Made by a program: the position numbers and the translations under genes. DNA of 64,000 nt from NCBI GenBank assembly GCA_003265885.1, contig QFBQ01000004.1, forward strand, positions 473 through 64,472. Direction: 5' to 3'. The stretch is from Candidatus Marinamargulisbacteria bacterium SCGC AG-343-D04 (lineage in GTDB: Bacteria; Margulisbacteria; Marinamargulisbacteria; GCA-2716485; GCA-002719695). This document shows, in pieces, positions 39,713 to 49,561 of the stretch (position 1 is its first letter; every line of letters begins with the position of its first letter). The notes beneath the pieces were generated by a model, which was not told where the DNA came from, searched no databases, and saw only the letters and a list, made by a program, of their open reading frames with translations.

Positions 39713-40645
39713 CTAAAATCCCAAAATAGATTTCACCCATTCATTCCAATATTTTGTAGACCCCCAATCGGGAAAATGATGTTGAAAATGAGCCTCTTGA
39801 GACTGTACAGCACACCATGCTGCAAAATGAATCTGGCGCATAATACGTAATGCTGGAATAAGATCCAATTCACGTGCTGAAAAATCTCGAAACACCGAAT
39901 ACCCTTCTTGAAACCACGCTAATTCCTGTTTACACTGCCCTGTCTCATCAGGCAATAACATCCATACATCTTGAACAGAAGGTCCTATCACTACATCGTC
40001 AAAATCCACAAGATATACATGCTCTCCAGGTCGATAAATAATATTTCCATAATGACAATCTCCATGAATTAAAAACATCTCACACCGTGAAAACAATGAA
40101 TCCGCTTTTTGAATAAATTGCTCAATAGCACGTATACTAACCGCTCTGTAGTCCTCAGGAATAACCCCACAATCACAGAGGGTTTTTAGATGTCTAGTTG
40201 TCGCAATCTTGGGTCTCCATTTCATACGTCCAGAATCCGTAATAGTCTGACCTAAATTATGAAGTCGACCTAAAAGACGCCCTGTTTCTTTCCATAAATC
40301 CTCATTGAATTCATCCATCACCCTACCCCCTTTTTTAGGAAAAAGAGCAAAGGGAATCTCGTCCAACATGAACAAGGTTTTGTCATTAAAGGTAAGAGGT
40401 GGAATCACAGGCAAATCGTTATCATGCGCATGCTTTAAAAAAAAATGTTCACCCAAAATCATGTCCGTCGACCATCGATTGGGCCGATAAAATTTTGCAA
40501 TCACTCTATCCTGAGAATCCAACTCCATTTCATAAACACGGTTAATATAACTATTTCGAGGAATACACACATTGGTCAATCTCTGCTGACAAGCATCTTC
40601 CACCGCTTGCATAGCTGACTCCAATGTTAAGGATTCCCAGATCAT
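39713..40645 (-). CDS. srkA: Stress-response Ser/Thr kinase SrkA/RdoA
   Basis: SYINRVY, KFYRPNRW, IHGDCHYGN, VDFDD. Confidence 0.9.
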   Translation of the reverse strand: MIWESLTLESAMQAVEDACQQRLTNVCIPRNSYINRVYEMELDSQDRVIAKFYRPNRWSTDMILGEHFFLKHAHDNDLPVIPPLTFNDKTLFMLDEIPFALFPKKGGRVMDEFNEDLWKETGRLLGRLHNLGQTITDSGRMKWRPKIATTRHLKTLCDCGVIPEDYRAVSIRAIEQFIQKADSLFSRCEMFLIHGDCHYGNIIYRPGEHVYLVDFDDVVIGPSVQDVWMLLPDETGQCKQELAWFQEGYSVFRDFSARELDLIPALRIMRQIHFAAWCAVQSQEAHFQHHFPDWGSTKYWNEWVKSILGF

Positions 40646-40654
40646 GCAAACATC

Positions 40655-41785
40655 TTAGCTTTTCCGACCAAAAAACTGATAATACCAACACTTAATACCC
40701 CCATTATATATCTTTCGATGTTTATTAGACTCTCTGCCAAACAACTCTTCAAAATAATCACACGATGTCAGTACATAATAGCTCCATAAGGGAAATTTTT
40801 CTTTAAACACTCGCCCCATTTCCTGATACAACAAATCTATATCTGGCTGTTCTTCTAAACGGTGTCCATAAGGAGGGTTTGTAATGATTCTTCCTTGTTC
40901 ATAACGACTAGAAATTTCAGAAAGTTCTCGTTTTTGAACAAAAACATCCGGTAACCCTGCCAACTCAATATTTTTATTAGCAATCGATAAAGCTCTAGCA
41001 TTATTATCGGATCCATAAATTCTATATTTAGCATCTTTTTTAATAAGGTCCCTGGCTTCTTGTCTTACATATCTCCAATGAGCTGAATCAATACAAGACC
41101 ACCTTTCTGAACAAAAAGACCTGTTTAAACCTGGGGCAATATTTTTGGCTATAAGACCAGCCTCAATCAACAAGGTGCCCGTTCCACAAAAAGGATCCAT
41201 CAACATATCTTCTTCTGGTCTCCATCGACTTAACAATATCAATCCAGCCGCCAACGTTTCTCGCAGAGGAGCAATGTCCATATGCGCACGGTATCCACGT
41301 TTATTTAAACCAGATCCTGACGAATCAATACTTAAAATAACCTTATCATTTTCAATTTGAATACGAATAGGACAACTCGCTTTTGTTTCTGGTAATGTTT
41401 CACATGAATGCGCTTTTTTTAACTGAGTAACAACCGCTTTTTTAACAATAGATTGGCAATCTGATTTACTAAATAAGGCAGACTTTCGAGACGTCACATC
41501 CGCAACAGGAAACTTATCGTCTTTGCCAATCCACTGTGCCCAATCTAATGCTGTGGTTTTATCAAAAAGTTCATCAAAGGTTGTCGCTTCAAACTCCCCA
41601 ATTTTGATATAAATTCGTCCAGCCGTACGTAACCATATATTGGCACGACAAATATCTCTATAGTCTCCTTGAAACTCTACTTTATGATCAAAAACCTTAA
41701 CATCTTTGTAGCCCAAAGCCTTAATTTCTCTAGCTAAAACAGCTTCAAAACCCATCGTAGTCGTTGCAATTAGTGTAAATGTCAT
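40655..41785 (-). CDS. rlmL: THUMP-domain 23S rRNA methyltransferase (RlmL-like, stand-alone)
   Basis: LHK/NKRGYR, PLRETLAA, DPFCGTGT, TNPPYG. Confidence 0.85.
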   Translation of the reverse strand: MTFTLIATTTMGFEAVLAREIKALGYKDVKVFDHKVEFQGDYRDICRANIWLRTAGRIYIKIGEFEATTFDELFDKTTALDWAQWIGKDDKFPVADVTSRKSALFSKSDCQSIVKKAVVTQLKKAHSCETLPETKASCPIRIQIENDKVILSIDSSGSGLNKRGYRAHMDIAPLRETLAAGLILLSRWRPEEDMLMDPFCGTGTLLIEAGLIAKNIAPGLNRSFCSERWSCIDSAHWRYVRQEARDLIKKDAKYRIYGSDNNARALSIANKNIELAGLPDVFVQKRELSEISSRYEQGRIITNPPYGHRLEEQPDIDLLYQEMGRVFKEKFPLWSYYVLTSCDYFEELFGRESNKHRKIYNGGIKCWYYQFFGRKS

Positions 41786-41852
41786 AGATCTTTATTATCT
41801 CATAATTAAACAAGCACTAGAAGCATCCACATATTTCCATTAGCATAAACAT

Positions 41853-42803
41853 ATGGAAAACTATGACGAATTAACAAATCGTATCGCAAAACGATTTACT
41901 CATTTGAAAAAATGGGCAAAACGAAACTCCATCAACTGTTTTAGAATCTATAACAAAGATCTTGGCAATTTCCCTCTTATCCTAGATTGGTATGATGGAG
42001 ATGCACTAGTATGGTTATACAACAGAAAAAAAGATGAAACAGATGCACAAAAAGAACAATTTAAAGAAAACGCTATCGCCAGTATTTACAGCGCATTAAA
42101 TATTCCCGAAAAAGCATTACACATCAAACAACGACGTCGACAAACAGGGCTTTCCTCACAATATGAAAAAAACAGTCATCAAGAATACCGAAAAATAATC
42201 CAAGAAGGAAATCTAAAATTTGAAGTTAATTTAAGCGATTATTTAGACAGCGGTTTATTTTTAGATCACCGAAATACCCGAAACATGTTCAGAAAGATGG
42301 CTGAGGGGAAACGAATTCTGAACTTATTCGCTTACACAGGTTCCTTTACCTGTTATGCCATCGATGGCGGGGCAACCTCCACCACAAGTGTAGACATGAA
42401 TAAAAACTACGGTGAATGGATAAAACGAAATCTTGCGTTAAATGGATTTGATCACCGAAAATCAGACAGAGTCATCACCGATAATTGTTTATCTTTCATT
42501 AAGCTTGAGGCAGCTAGAAATAGGTATGATCTTATCATCTGTGATCCCCCTACATTCAGCAATTCCAAGAACATGAAAACCACTTTTTCTATTGATAAAG
42601 ATTACCCAGATCTACTCAAATCATGTATCAAACTACTCTCCCCCTCCGGAACCTTAATTTTTAGTACAAACTCTAGAAACTTCTCACTAGATGCAGCAAA
42701 ACTTCCCCCCAAAGTTCAACTAGACTCTCTAACCCATAAAACCGTTCCCGAAGATTTTAAAAGTCAAAAAAGTCATCAATGTTGGATGATTAATCTACGT
42801 TAG
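41853..42803 (+). CDS. Class I SAM rRNA methyltransferase (RlmK-like, stand-alone)
   Basis: FRIYNKD, YLDSGLFLDHR, LNLFAYTGSF, CDPPTFSNSK. Confidence 0.85.
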   Translation: MENYDELTNRIAKRFTHLKKWAKRNSINCFRIYNKDLGNFPLILDWYDGDALVWLYNRKKDETDAQKEQFKENAIASIYSALNIPEKALHIKQRRRQTGLSSQYEKNSHQEYRKIIQEGNLKFEVNLSDYLDSGLFLDHRNTRNMFRKMAEGKRILNLFAYTGSFTCYAIDGGATSTTSVDMNKNYGEWIKRNLALNGFDHRKSDRVITDNCLSFIKLEAARNRYDLIICDPPTFSNSKNMKTTFSIDKDYPDLLKSCIKLLSPSGTLIFSTNSRNFSLDAAKLPPKVQLDSLTHKTVPEDFKSQKSHQCWMINLR

Positions 42804-42873
42804 ATATTTATCAAAACACTTTATCTTGACACATTTAATTAATACATTAATACTTTAATAAATAGGAGATAAA

Positions 42874-43092
42874 ATGGCCTTGATAATTCATAAAGAATCT
42901 AAAAAAAAAGCATCCTCCAAAGAAGATACTTGGAAACTAACAGAAAACATTAAACCGATAACTAAATGTACTCAAGACTTAAAACACCTACCCATCAATG
43001 CTGAATCTTTTTCAAATCAACCCAAACTCCTAATTAAACCCCGCATTCTTGATCATTGGATAAAAGCTAGCTCACTTCCTTTAGTGAGTTGA
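42874..43092 (+). CDS. Hypothetical protein, 72 aa
   Basis: AGGAG RBS; no family recognised. Confidence 0.6.
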   Translation: MALIIHKESKKKASSKEDTWKLTENIKPITKCTQDLKHLPINAESFSNQPKLLIKPRILDHWIKASSLPLVS

Positions 43093-43226
43093 TAATATCA
43101 CATGCAAACTACATTCATAGTATGGGTTTATCAGGAACATAACATTTTTTAAAAAAGGAGGTATCTATCTTAACAAAAAATATTTTTGAATCAGACCCAG
43201 GAATTAATAACCAGTTCTCTCAGTAC

Positions 43227-43814
43227 ATGACAGACGGAAAAATTAATATCGAAAGGTATACTGATGAAATTTCAAAATTAATGATGTCTATTAATTTTGA
43301 AACAATAAAGGTCGCTGCAAGTAATATTCGTCAAAGAATGGAAGCCGGAGGCCAGATTTTCTTTGCTGGAAATGGCGGTTCTCTTGCCATATCACATCAT
43401 GCAGCTTGTGATATGGGAAAAGGTTTATACCGATTCTATAAAGAAAAGTTACGAGTCCGATCGCTTGGAGTAAATGCTGCTCTCACCTCAGCACTAGCCA
43501 ATGATTTTGGATATGAAAATATTTTTTCAGCTGAATACCAAATGGTTCGCTCCAATTCCATCGTTAATTCCAACTCCAATGACGTTGTAATTTGCATCTC
43601 TTCCTCCGGAAATTCGGATAATATTCTGAATTTAGCGACTACTGCAAAAGATGATGGCACAATGGTAATCGGGTTATCAGGGTTTTCTGGTGGAAAATTA
43701 AAAGACAATTGTGATATTTCGGTTCATGTTTCTGCAGAAAACTACCTTATGATTGAGTTGGCACATCAGCATATTCTTGATCTCATTTTTCTTGAATTAT
43801 GGGTAAATGAATGA
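43227..43814 (+). CDS. gmhA: Phosphoheptose isomerase (SIS domain)
   Basis: GNGGS, ALANDFGYENIF, ISSSGNS.NI, LSGFSGG. Confidence 0.9.
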   Translation: MTDGKINIERYTDEISKLMMSINFETIKVAASNIRQRMEAGGQIFFAGNGGSLAISHHAACDMGKGLYRFYKEKLRVRSLGVNAALTSALANDFGYENIFSAEYQMVRSNSIVNSNSNDVVICISSSGNSDNILNLATTAKDDGTMVIGLSGFSGGKLKDNCDISVHVSAENYLMIELAHQHILDLIFLELWVNE

Positions 43815-45046
43815 GCGAAAATTTGATTATAATTGGAGGTGGGAAAGGGGTTAGAATGGCAGAATATATGCCAGGCATTCCAAAACTACTTCTCCCACTT
43901 GACAATGAACAAACTGTATTATCACGTCTAATAAAGCAAACACATGCAAGTTCTGTTTATCTAGCACTTAACTCCGACTCAAAAAAAATCACCGATGAAT
44001 TATCCCCTCCTTCAGTAAATTTCCAAATTAGCATCGAAGAAGAACCGTTGGGCACCTTTGGGGCCCTAAAGTTATTAGCACAAAGATATAGCTCTGTTTT
44101 ACCCGAAAAAATCACAGTTATTCTTGGGGACTTGGTATGCAATGAATATCAAAAATATCAGGTAAATTTGATGAAAGAACTAACCAAGAGAGATGGAAAC
44201 TGGTTCTTTTTTACAAAAAATAATCATCCGCATGATAGTGATCGAATAGATCTAGAGGATAACAGAAGAATAAAAGCTTTATATAAGAAAACAGAGACCT
44301 CTCCTAAATTCTTTGTAAATAAAACTGTAAGTGGATTGTATCTATTAAACTTAAAAGATGTCTTACAAACAGATTTAGATAGAGGAGATATAGTTATGGA
44401 TTTCCTCCCAACATTAATATCTCAACAAAACGCTTTCGCAACTGAGCTTCTATGTAATTTAAATGACATTGGCACCCCCGATCGTTACAAAGCACTAATT
44501 AAATCTGGCAGTTATTCTGTGAAACGAAAATATTTATTAATGGATTTAGATGGAACGCTAATCGTGGATAGAGGATCAAGCCCTACAGCTTATGAAATTA
44601 CACCCACTCTTAATCCAGTTGCCGTGAATTTACTTAAAAGATGTAATAAAAACAGAGTTAAAGTTATAATTATTACAAATCAAGGAGACATCGCCAAAGG
44701 CTTTCTTTCTAAGCCTCAGTTTGAAAATGAGATTAGATCGATTGAAGATCAACTTTGGCAAGCAGGTGTTTGGTTCGATGATTTATTTTATTGCCCACAT
44801 CACCCTGAAAGAGGGTATGAAGGAGAGATCATTGATCTAAAAATTGAATGTGAATGTCGTAAGCCCAAGTCTGGAATGTGGCAGAAAGCGAAGGAGAAGT
44901 GGTCTATCAGCACAGACAATGCTGTGTTTGTCGGAGATACTCATTTTGATGAAGGTTTTTGCAGAGCTGCAAACTTAAAGTACTATGACATCAACTCTAT
45001 ACAGGGCCAACTTGAAGAGTTAGATAAATTTATTGGAGAGTCTTAA
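43811..45046 (+). CDS. Sugar-phosphate nucleotidyltransferase (HddC-like) fused to heptose-bisphosphate phosphatase (GmhB-like HAD-IIIA)
   Basis: GGGKGVRM...PK, EPLGTFGA, DIGTP; then DLDGT, ITNQ, YCPHHP...CECRKP, VGD. Confidence 0.88.
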   Translation: MSENLIIIGGGKGVRMAEYMPGIPKLLLPLDNEQTVLSRLIKQTHASSVYLALNSDSKKITDELSPPSVNFQISIEEEPLGTFGALKLLAQRYSSVLPEKITVILGDLVCNEYQKYQVNLMKELTKRDGNWFFFTKNNHPHDSDRIDLEDNRRIKALYKKTETSPKFFVNKTVSGLYLLNLKDVLQTDLDRGDIVMDFLPTLISQQNAFATELLCNLNDIGTPDRYKALIKSGSYSVKRKYLLMDLDGTLIVDRGSSPTAYEITPTLNPVAVNLLKRCNKNRVKVIIITNQGDIAKGFLSKPQFENEIRSIEDQLWQAGVWFDDLFYCPHHPERGYEGEIIDLKIECECRKPKSGMWQKAKEKWSISTDNAVFVGDTHFDEGFCRAANLKYYDINSIQGQLEELDKFIGES

Positions 45047-45048
45047 CT

Positions 45049-46029
45049 ATGATTTTAGTATCGGCCCCCTTGAGGGTAAGTTTTTTTGGTGGTGGGTCAG
45101 ACATAGAAAGTTATTATGAAAATCATGGAGGTGCTTTTCTAAGTTTGACTATTGATTCACGCATTTATTTAACTGTAAACCAAACAACAAACAATGAAGT
45201 AAAAGTTCACTACAGTACAACTGAATTAGTAAAAGATGCTTCTGAACTTGCACACCCCTTAATAAGAGAAGCTCTATTGATGTACAACAAGAAAAACAAC
45301 ATAGAAATTGGATCCTTTGCTGATATGCCCACTATTGGAACAGGCTTAGGGTCTTCCTCAACTTTTTCTGTAGCATTAATTGGAGCATTAAAAACGTTAG
45401 CTGGACAAGCATTTTCAAGTCGTGATTTAGCAGAAGAAGCTTGTCATCTAGAAATTAATCGTTGTGGAGAACGCATTGGAAAACAAGATCAATACGCTGC
45501 AGCTTTTGGGGGTCTAAATTTCTATGAAGTTGATACATCTGGTCGAATTAAAGTGAGTAAAAATCTGGTTACACGTGATATTGAAAACATATTAGAAGAT
45601 AGTATTTACCTCGTAAACACTGGTGTAAAACGAAGCGCGTCGTCTTTGTTAAAGCATCAGATTAAGAACCTGAAAAATTCAAAATCATCTTTAGATAATC
45701 AAGCACGATTGGTTGAAATGGCATATAAAGCATATAACTATTTAGTTGAAGGAGATCTAGACCAGTTTGGACAGCTTTTGCATGAATCCTGGTTATGCAA
45801 GAAGAATATATCAGGCCTAATATCAGATAATAGTCTAGATGATATCTATACTGAAGACCTAAATGCTGGAGCAATTGGTGGAAAGCTACTTGGAGCAGGT
45901 GGTGGTGGATTCTTTCTTTTTTACGTCCTCAAAAAAAATCGAAAAAAGTTTGAAACGCATTTTCAAGGAAAGTTCCGTAAAATACGAATATCACAACAAG
46001 GGTTTATGGTGAATTATGAAGCTAAATAA
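45049..46029 (+). CDS. D-glycero-alpha-D-manno-heptose 7-phosphate kinase (HddA-like GHMP kinase)
   Basis: APLRVSFFGGGSD, GTGLGSSS, GKQDQY, GGKLLGAGGGGF. Confidence 0.9.
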   Translation: MILVSAPLRVSFFGGGSDIESYYENHGGAFLSLTIDSRIYLTVNQTTNNEVKVHYSTTELVKDASELAHPLIREALLMYNKKNNIEIGSFADMPTIGTGLGSSSTFSVALIGALKTLAGQAFSSRDLAEEACHLEINRCGERIGKQDQYAAAFGGLNFYEVDTSGRIKVSKNLVTRDIENILEDSIYLVNTGVKRSASSLLKHQIKNLKNSKSSLDNQARLVEMAYKAYNYLVEGDLDQFGQLLHESWLCKKNISGLISDNSLDDIYTEDLNAGAIGGKLLGAGGGGFFLFYVLKKNRKKFETHFQGKFRKIRISQQGFMVNYEAK

Positions 46030-46975
46030 AGCAGTAATAACTGGCGGTTGCGGGTTTCTTGGATTAAATTTAACGAATTGGCTTATTTCACAAGGATGTG
46101 AAGTATTAGTAATAGATAATCTCTCTACCGGAAAACTTTCAAATCTTGATACTGCAAATCCACTAATAACGTTTCTTGAGCATGATTTACTTAAACCAAT
46201 TCCTCAAGACTTACTTAACGGTGTAGATATAATATTTCATTTTGCGGCTAATGCAGATATTCGCCATGGAATGAAGCATAGTGAAAAAGATATTGATCAG
46301 AATATAGTTGTAACTGAGCGCATATTAAGAAGTGCTGTTGAAGCTAATATAAAAGACATAGTTTTTTCTTCTACAGCAGCAGCTCTTGGTGAGCCTGATA
46401 TTTTCCCTACTCCAGAAGATATATCAATCCCAAAGCAAACTTCTCTTTATGGAATGTCTAAACTTGCAGCAGAAGGCATATTGTCAGCTTACTCAGCTAA
46501 CTACGGCTTACGAGTTAGTGTATTTAGATTTGTAAGTATCGTAGGTCCATACTACTCCCATGGACATATTATTGATTTTGTACATAAGTTGAGAGACAAC
46601 CCTAATACCCTAGAAATTTTAGGTGATGGACAGCAAAGAAAAAGTTATTTACATGTAGATGACATGATACATGCTATAGAGATTGTACTTAAAAATCATA
46701 ACGATATAAGCTCAGAATTCTTTGAAGTTTACCATTTGGGCAACAAGGAGTATTGCAAAGTTGTGGAGTCTGCAGACACAATATGTTCATCACTTGGTGT
46801 AAATCCATCTTACACGTTTACAGGTGGAAAACGTGGCTGGATTGGAGACAGTCCTTTCGTTCACCTCGACACTTCTAAATTGAGAAAGTTAGGATGGGAA
46901 CCCACAAAAAACATCCTACACTCCATACATGAAACAACAATTTGGCTTAAAGACAGAGGTGAGTTCAATTCGTAA
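46016..46975 (+). CDS. NAD-dependent nucleotide-sugar epimerase/dehydratase
   Basis: TGGCGFLG, DNLSTG, SSTAA, YGMSK, GWIGD. Confidence 0.9.
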   Translation: MKLNKAVITGGCGFLGLNLTNWLISQGCEVLVIDNLSTGKLSNLDTANPLITFLEHDLLKPIPQDLLNGVDIIFHFAANADIRHGMKHSEKDIDQNIVVTERILRSAVEANIKDIVFSSTAAALGEPDIFPTPEDISIPKQTSLYGMSKLAAEGILSAYSANYGLRVSVFRFVSIVGPYYSHGHIIDFVHKLRDNPNTLEILGDGQQRKSYLHVDDMIHAIEIVLKNHNDISSEFFEVYHLGNKEYCKVVESADTICSSLGVNPSYTFTGGKRGWIGDSPFVHLDTSKLRKLGWEPTKNILHSIHETTIWLKDRGEFNS

Positions 46976-48095
46976 ATTACTAATAAACTTTCTAACATCA
47001 AATACTGGCGGTGTTATTAATTTTAAAAAAGATGTAATAAAACATATTGATCACAATGCTAAAGATTTTGAATTTGAAATTTACTGCTTGGTGTCTGTAG
47101 AAGCCGAAAAGCAGATTGGAACTCTAAAGAACATTAAATATTGTCGAGGTTTAGATATTCCTAAGTCTTTTATAAAAAAAATATTATTTTATGAGAGAAA
47201 ACTTGAGGGTCTTGTAAAAATTCATAACATTGATATTGTCTTAAATTTTGGAGATATCCCAGCCAATGTTTCCGCTAAACAAATTTTTTATTTTGACTGG
47301 CCATATGCAGTGTATGACGATTTCAAAATCTGGTCTCGCTTACGCTTTCAAGATCTAGGTTCGAAATTGGTCAAAAGATTATATTTCAAACTAACGAATG
47401 ATCGTTTAGAACATTATGTAGTTCAAACAAACACAATGAAAAAAAGGTTATCAGCAAAAATAAAAAATCGCCCTATTTCGGTTATCGATGTTGGTTTTAA
47501 TGAAGAAGAATCAAAAAAAACCAATTGCTCAGTTATAGACACCCCCAAATCTTTGAAACCTACCTTGATTTATCCCACAATAATGTACGCTCATAAAAAC
47601 GTTGAAATACTATTATCCGTCGCCAAGTTATTAAAAGCTCAAAATTTTGAAGCAACATTCGAATTAACTTTTTCAGAGAATTCAGGAAAAAAAGAATCCC
47701 GTTTTATTAAATCAGTGAAAAAGCATGGTCTATCGGACTACTTTTCATTCTTAGGTCGCTTAAGTAGGAATTCCTTAGTACAAAAAGTAAAGTCCTCTAC
47801 TGCTATTATAATGCCTACACTAATCGAAACATATGGCCTCCCATATTTGGAAGCTCAATTATTCGAGAAGGTGATGTTCACTAGTGATCGAGATTTTGCC
47901 CGAGAAATTTGTGGAGATTCTGCCATTTATTTTGACCCTAACAATGCGGCTGACATTGCAGAAAAGATAGTTGAAAATATTTTATCTGAAAGCCGTATGT
48001 CAAAGCATATTATGGCTACAAATGTTGAGCGAGCTAAACGTGTAAGCTGGACTGAGTCAACTCGGCGTTTTCTAGAGACTGCGACTCTGGTGTAA
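46929..48095 (+). CDS. Glycosyltransferase, GT4/GT-B family
   Basis: HKN, MPTLIETYGLPYLEA (Ex7E), YFDP. The true start may be GTG near 46959. Confidence 0.88.
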   Translation: MKQQFGLKTEVSSIRKLLINFLTSNTGGVINFKKDVIKHIDHNAKDFEFEIYCLVSVEAEKQIGTLKNIKYCRGLDIPKSFIKKILFYERKLEGLVKIHNIDIVLNFGDIPANVSAKQIFYFDWPYAVYDDFKIWSRLRFQDLGSKLVKRLYFKLTNDRLEHYVVQTNTMKKRLSAKIKNRPISVIDVGFNEEESKKTNCSVIDTPKSLKPTLIYPTIMYAHKNVEILLSVAKLLKAQNFEATFELTFSENSGKKESRFIKSVKKHGLSDYFSFLGRLSRNSLVQKVKSSTAIIMPTLIETYGLPYLEAQLFEKVMFTSDRDFAREICGDSAIYFDPNNAADIAEKIVENILSESRMSKHIMATNVERAKRVSWTESTRRFLETATLV

Positions 48096-48222
48096 CTTGG
48101 TTTTAAAATACTGAAAATTTAGTTTAGAGTCTAGAAAGATGCTTAAAAACAGCAGTGATTCATATATTAAATATATCTCCATTTAAGCAGATCAGTTTAG
48201 AATTTTATTAAGATTGAAAAAA

Positions 48223-49560
48223 TTATCCCCTTCTAGCAGAACGGTTGCTGCTGTTGCTAGAAGGTCTTTGACTTCTTCTATTCTGAGTACCTCTATTATG
48301 TTTGGGGCCTCTATGGCGATTTTTATTCTCATCTCTATCACGATAAGAATCACGACGTCTATCCCCTGTCCGTCGTTCATGAGTGTGTCCTTCTTTGTTT
48401 CTCGCATCTTCTTTATCCAACACTTTAAAGTGTTCAGAAAACCCATCCATACTATTTACTGTTATCTTTTTCTTGATCAATCTCTCAATGGCACGAAGCA
48501 ATTTAATTTCATCGCCTGAGGCGAACGAAATGGCCTCTCCAGAACTTCCTGCACGACCTGTACGGCCAATTCGGTGAACATAATCTTCAGGAACCTCTGA
48601 CAAATCATAATTCACAACATGAGGTAATAAGCTGATATCTAATCCACGAGCCGCTACATCTGTTGCAACTAAGACTCTCACTTTCCAGGCTTTAAAATCT
48701 GCCAAGGCTCGGGTTCTTGCGGCCTGACTTTTATTTCCATGAATAGCAACCGAAACAATCCCCTCTTTATTCAGTTGTTTAGATACCCGATCAGCACCGT
48801 GTTTTGTTCGGGTAAAGACAAGAATTTGGTTCCAATCTCCTTCTTTAATCAGATGGACTAACAAGTCACTTTTTCGAGATTTAGGGACGTGATAAACAGA
48901 TTGGGTAACAGTGTCTGCAGCCATATTTTCACGAGCAACTTCAACCAATTCTGGATTCACAAGAATAGTATCTGCTAAGGATTTAATTTGTTTTGAATAT
49001 GTTGCAGAAAAAAATAAAGTTTGACGCTTTTTGGGGACTAGTCGAATAATTTTTTTAATATCATTAATAAACCCCATATCGAGCATACGATCTGCTTCAT
49101 CTAAAATTAAAACTTCTATACGAGAAAGATCTAGCGAGTTTTGTTTACATAAATCCAGAAGTCGTCCGGGAGTCCCTATAACAATTTCCACTCCCTGTCG
49201 TAACCTTTTTTTCTGAGGGTTAATACCAACGCCTCCAAAAACAATAGCTGACCGTAGAGAAAGACCTTTTCCATATGTATCAACACTTTTTCCTACCTGA
49301 GCTGCAAGTTCTCTGGTCGGGGTTAAAATAAGAGCCCTTGGAAGGTGAGACTTTGACCGTTTTTGAGAAGTTAAGCGATGTAATAACGGCAAAGTAAAAG
49401 CGGCGGTTTTACCAGTTCCGGTTTGAGCACCAGCCAACACATCTTTCCCCTTTAAAACATGTGGAATAGCTTTTGCTTGAATAGGTGTAGGTTCAGTATA
49501 TCCCTGTTTTTCAATAGATTGCAGTAATTCAGGCAACAAATTTAGTTCTTTAAATGACAT
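48223..49560 (-). CDS. rhlE: DEAD-box RNA helicase, RhlE-like
   Basis: [43 protein letters not shown]; Arg-rich tail. Confidence 0.9.
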   Translation of the reverse strand: MSFKELNLLPELLQSIEKQGYTEPTPIQAKAIPHVLKGKDVLAGAQTGTGKTAAFTLPLLHRLTSQKRSKSHLPRALILTPTRELAAQVGKSVDTYGKGLSLRSAIVFGGVGINPQKKRLRQGVEIVIGTPGRLLDLCKQNSLDLSRIEVLILDEADRMLDMGFINDIKKIIRLVPKKRQTLFFSATYSKQIKSLADTILVNPELVEVARENMAADTVTQSVYHVPKSRKSDLLVHLIKEGDWNQILVFTRTKHGADRVSKQLNKEGIVSVAIHGNKSQAARTRALADFKAWKVRVLVATDVAARGLDISLLPHVVNYDLSEVPEDYVHRIGRTGRAGSSGEAISFASGDEIKLLRAIERLIKKKITVNSMDGFSEHFKVLDKEDARNKEGHTHERRTGDRRRDSYRDRDENKNRHRGPKHNRGTQNRRSQRPSSNSSNRSARRG

Positions 49561-49561
49561 A

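Noticed and set aside
43100-43230. Direct repeat of the tRNA-Gln 3' end marking an att site
   Set aside because: I found no TGGCTGGGG copy by eye at the left compositional boundary.
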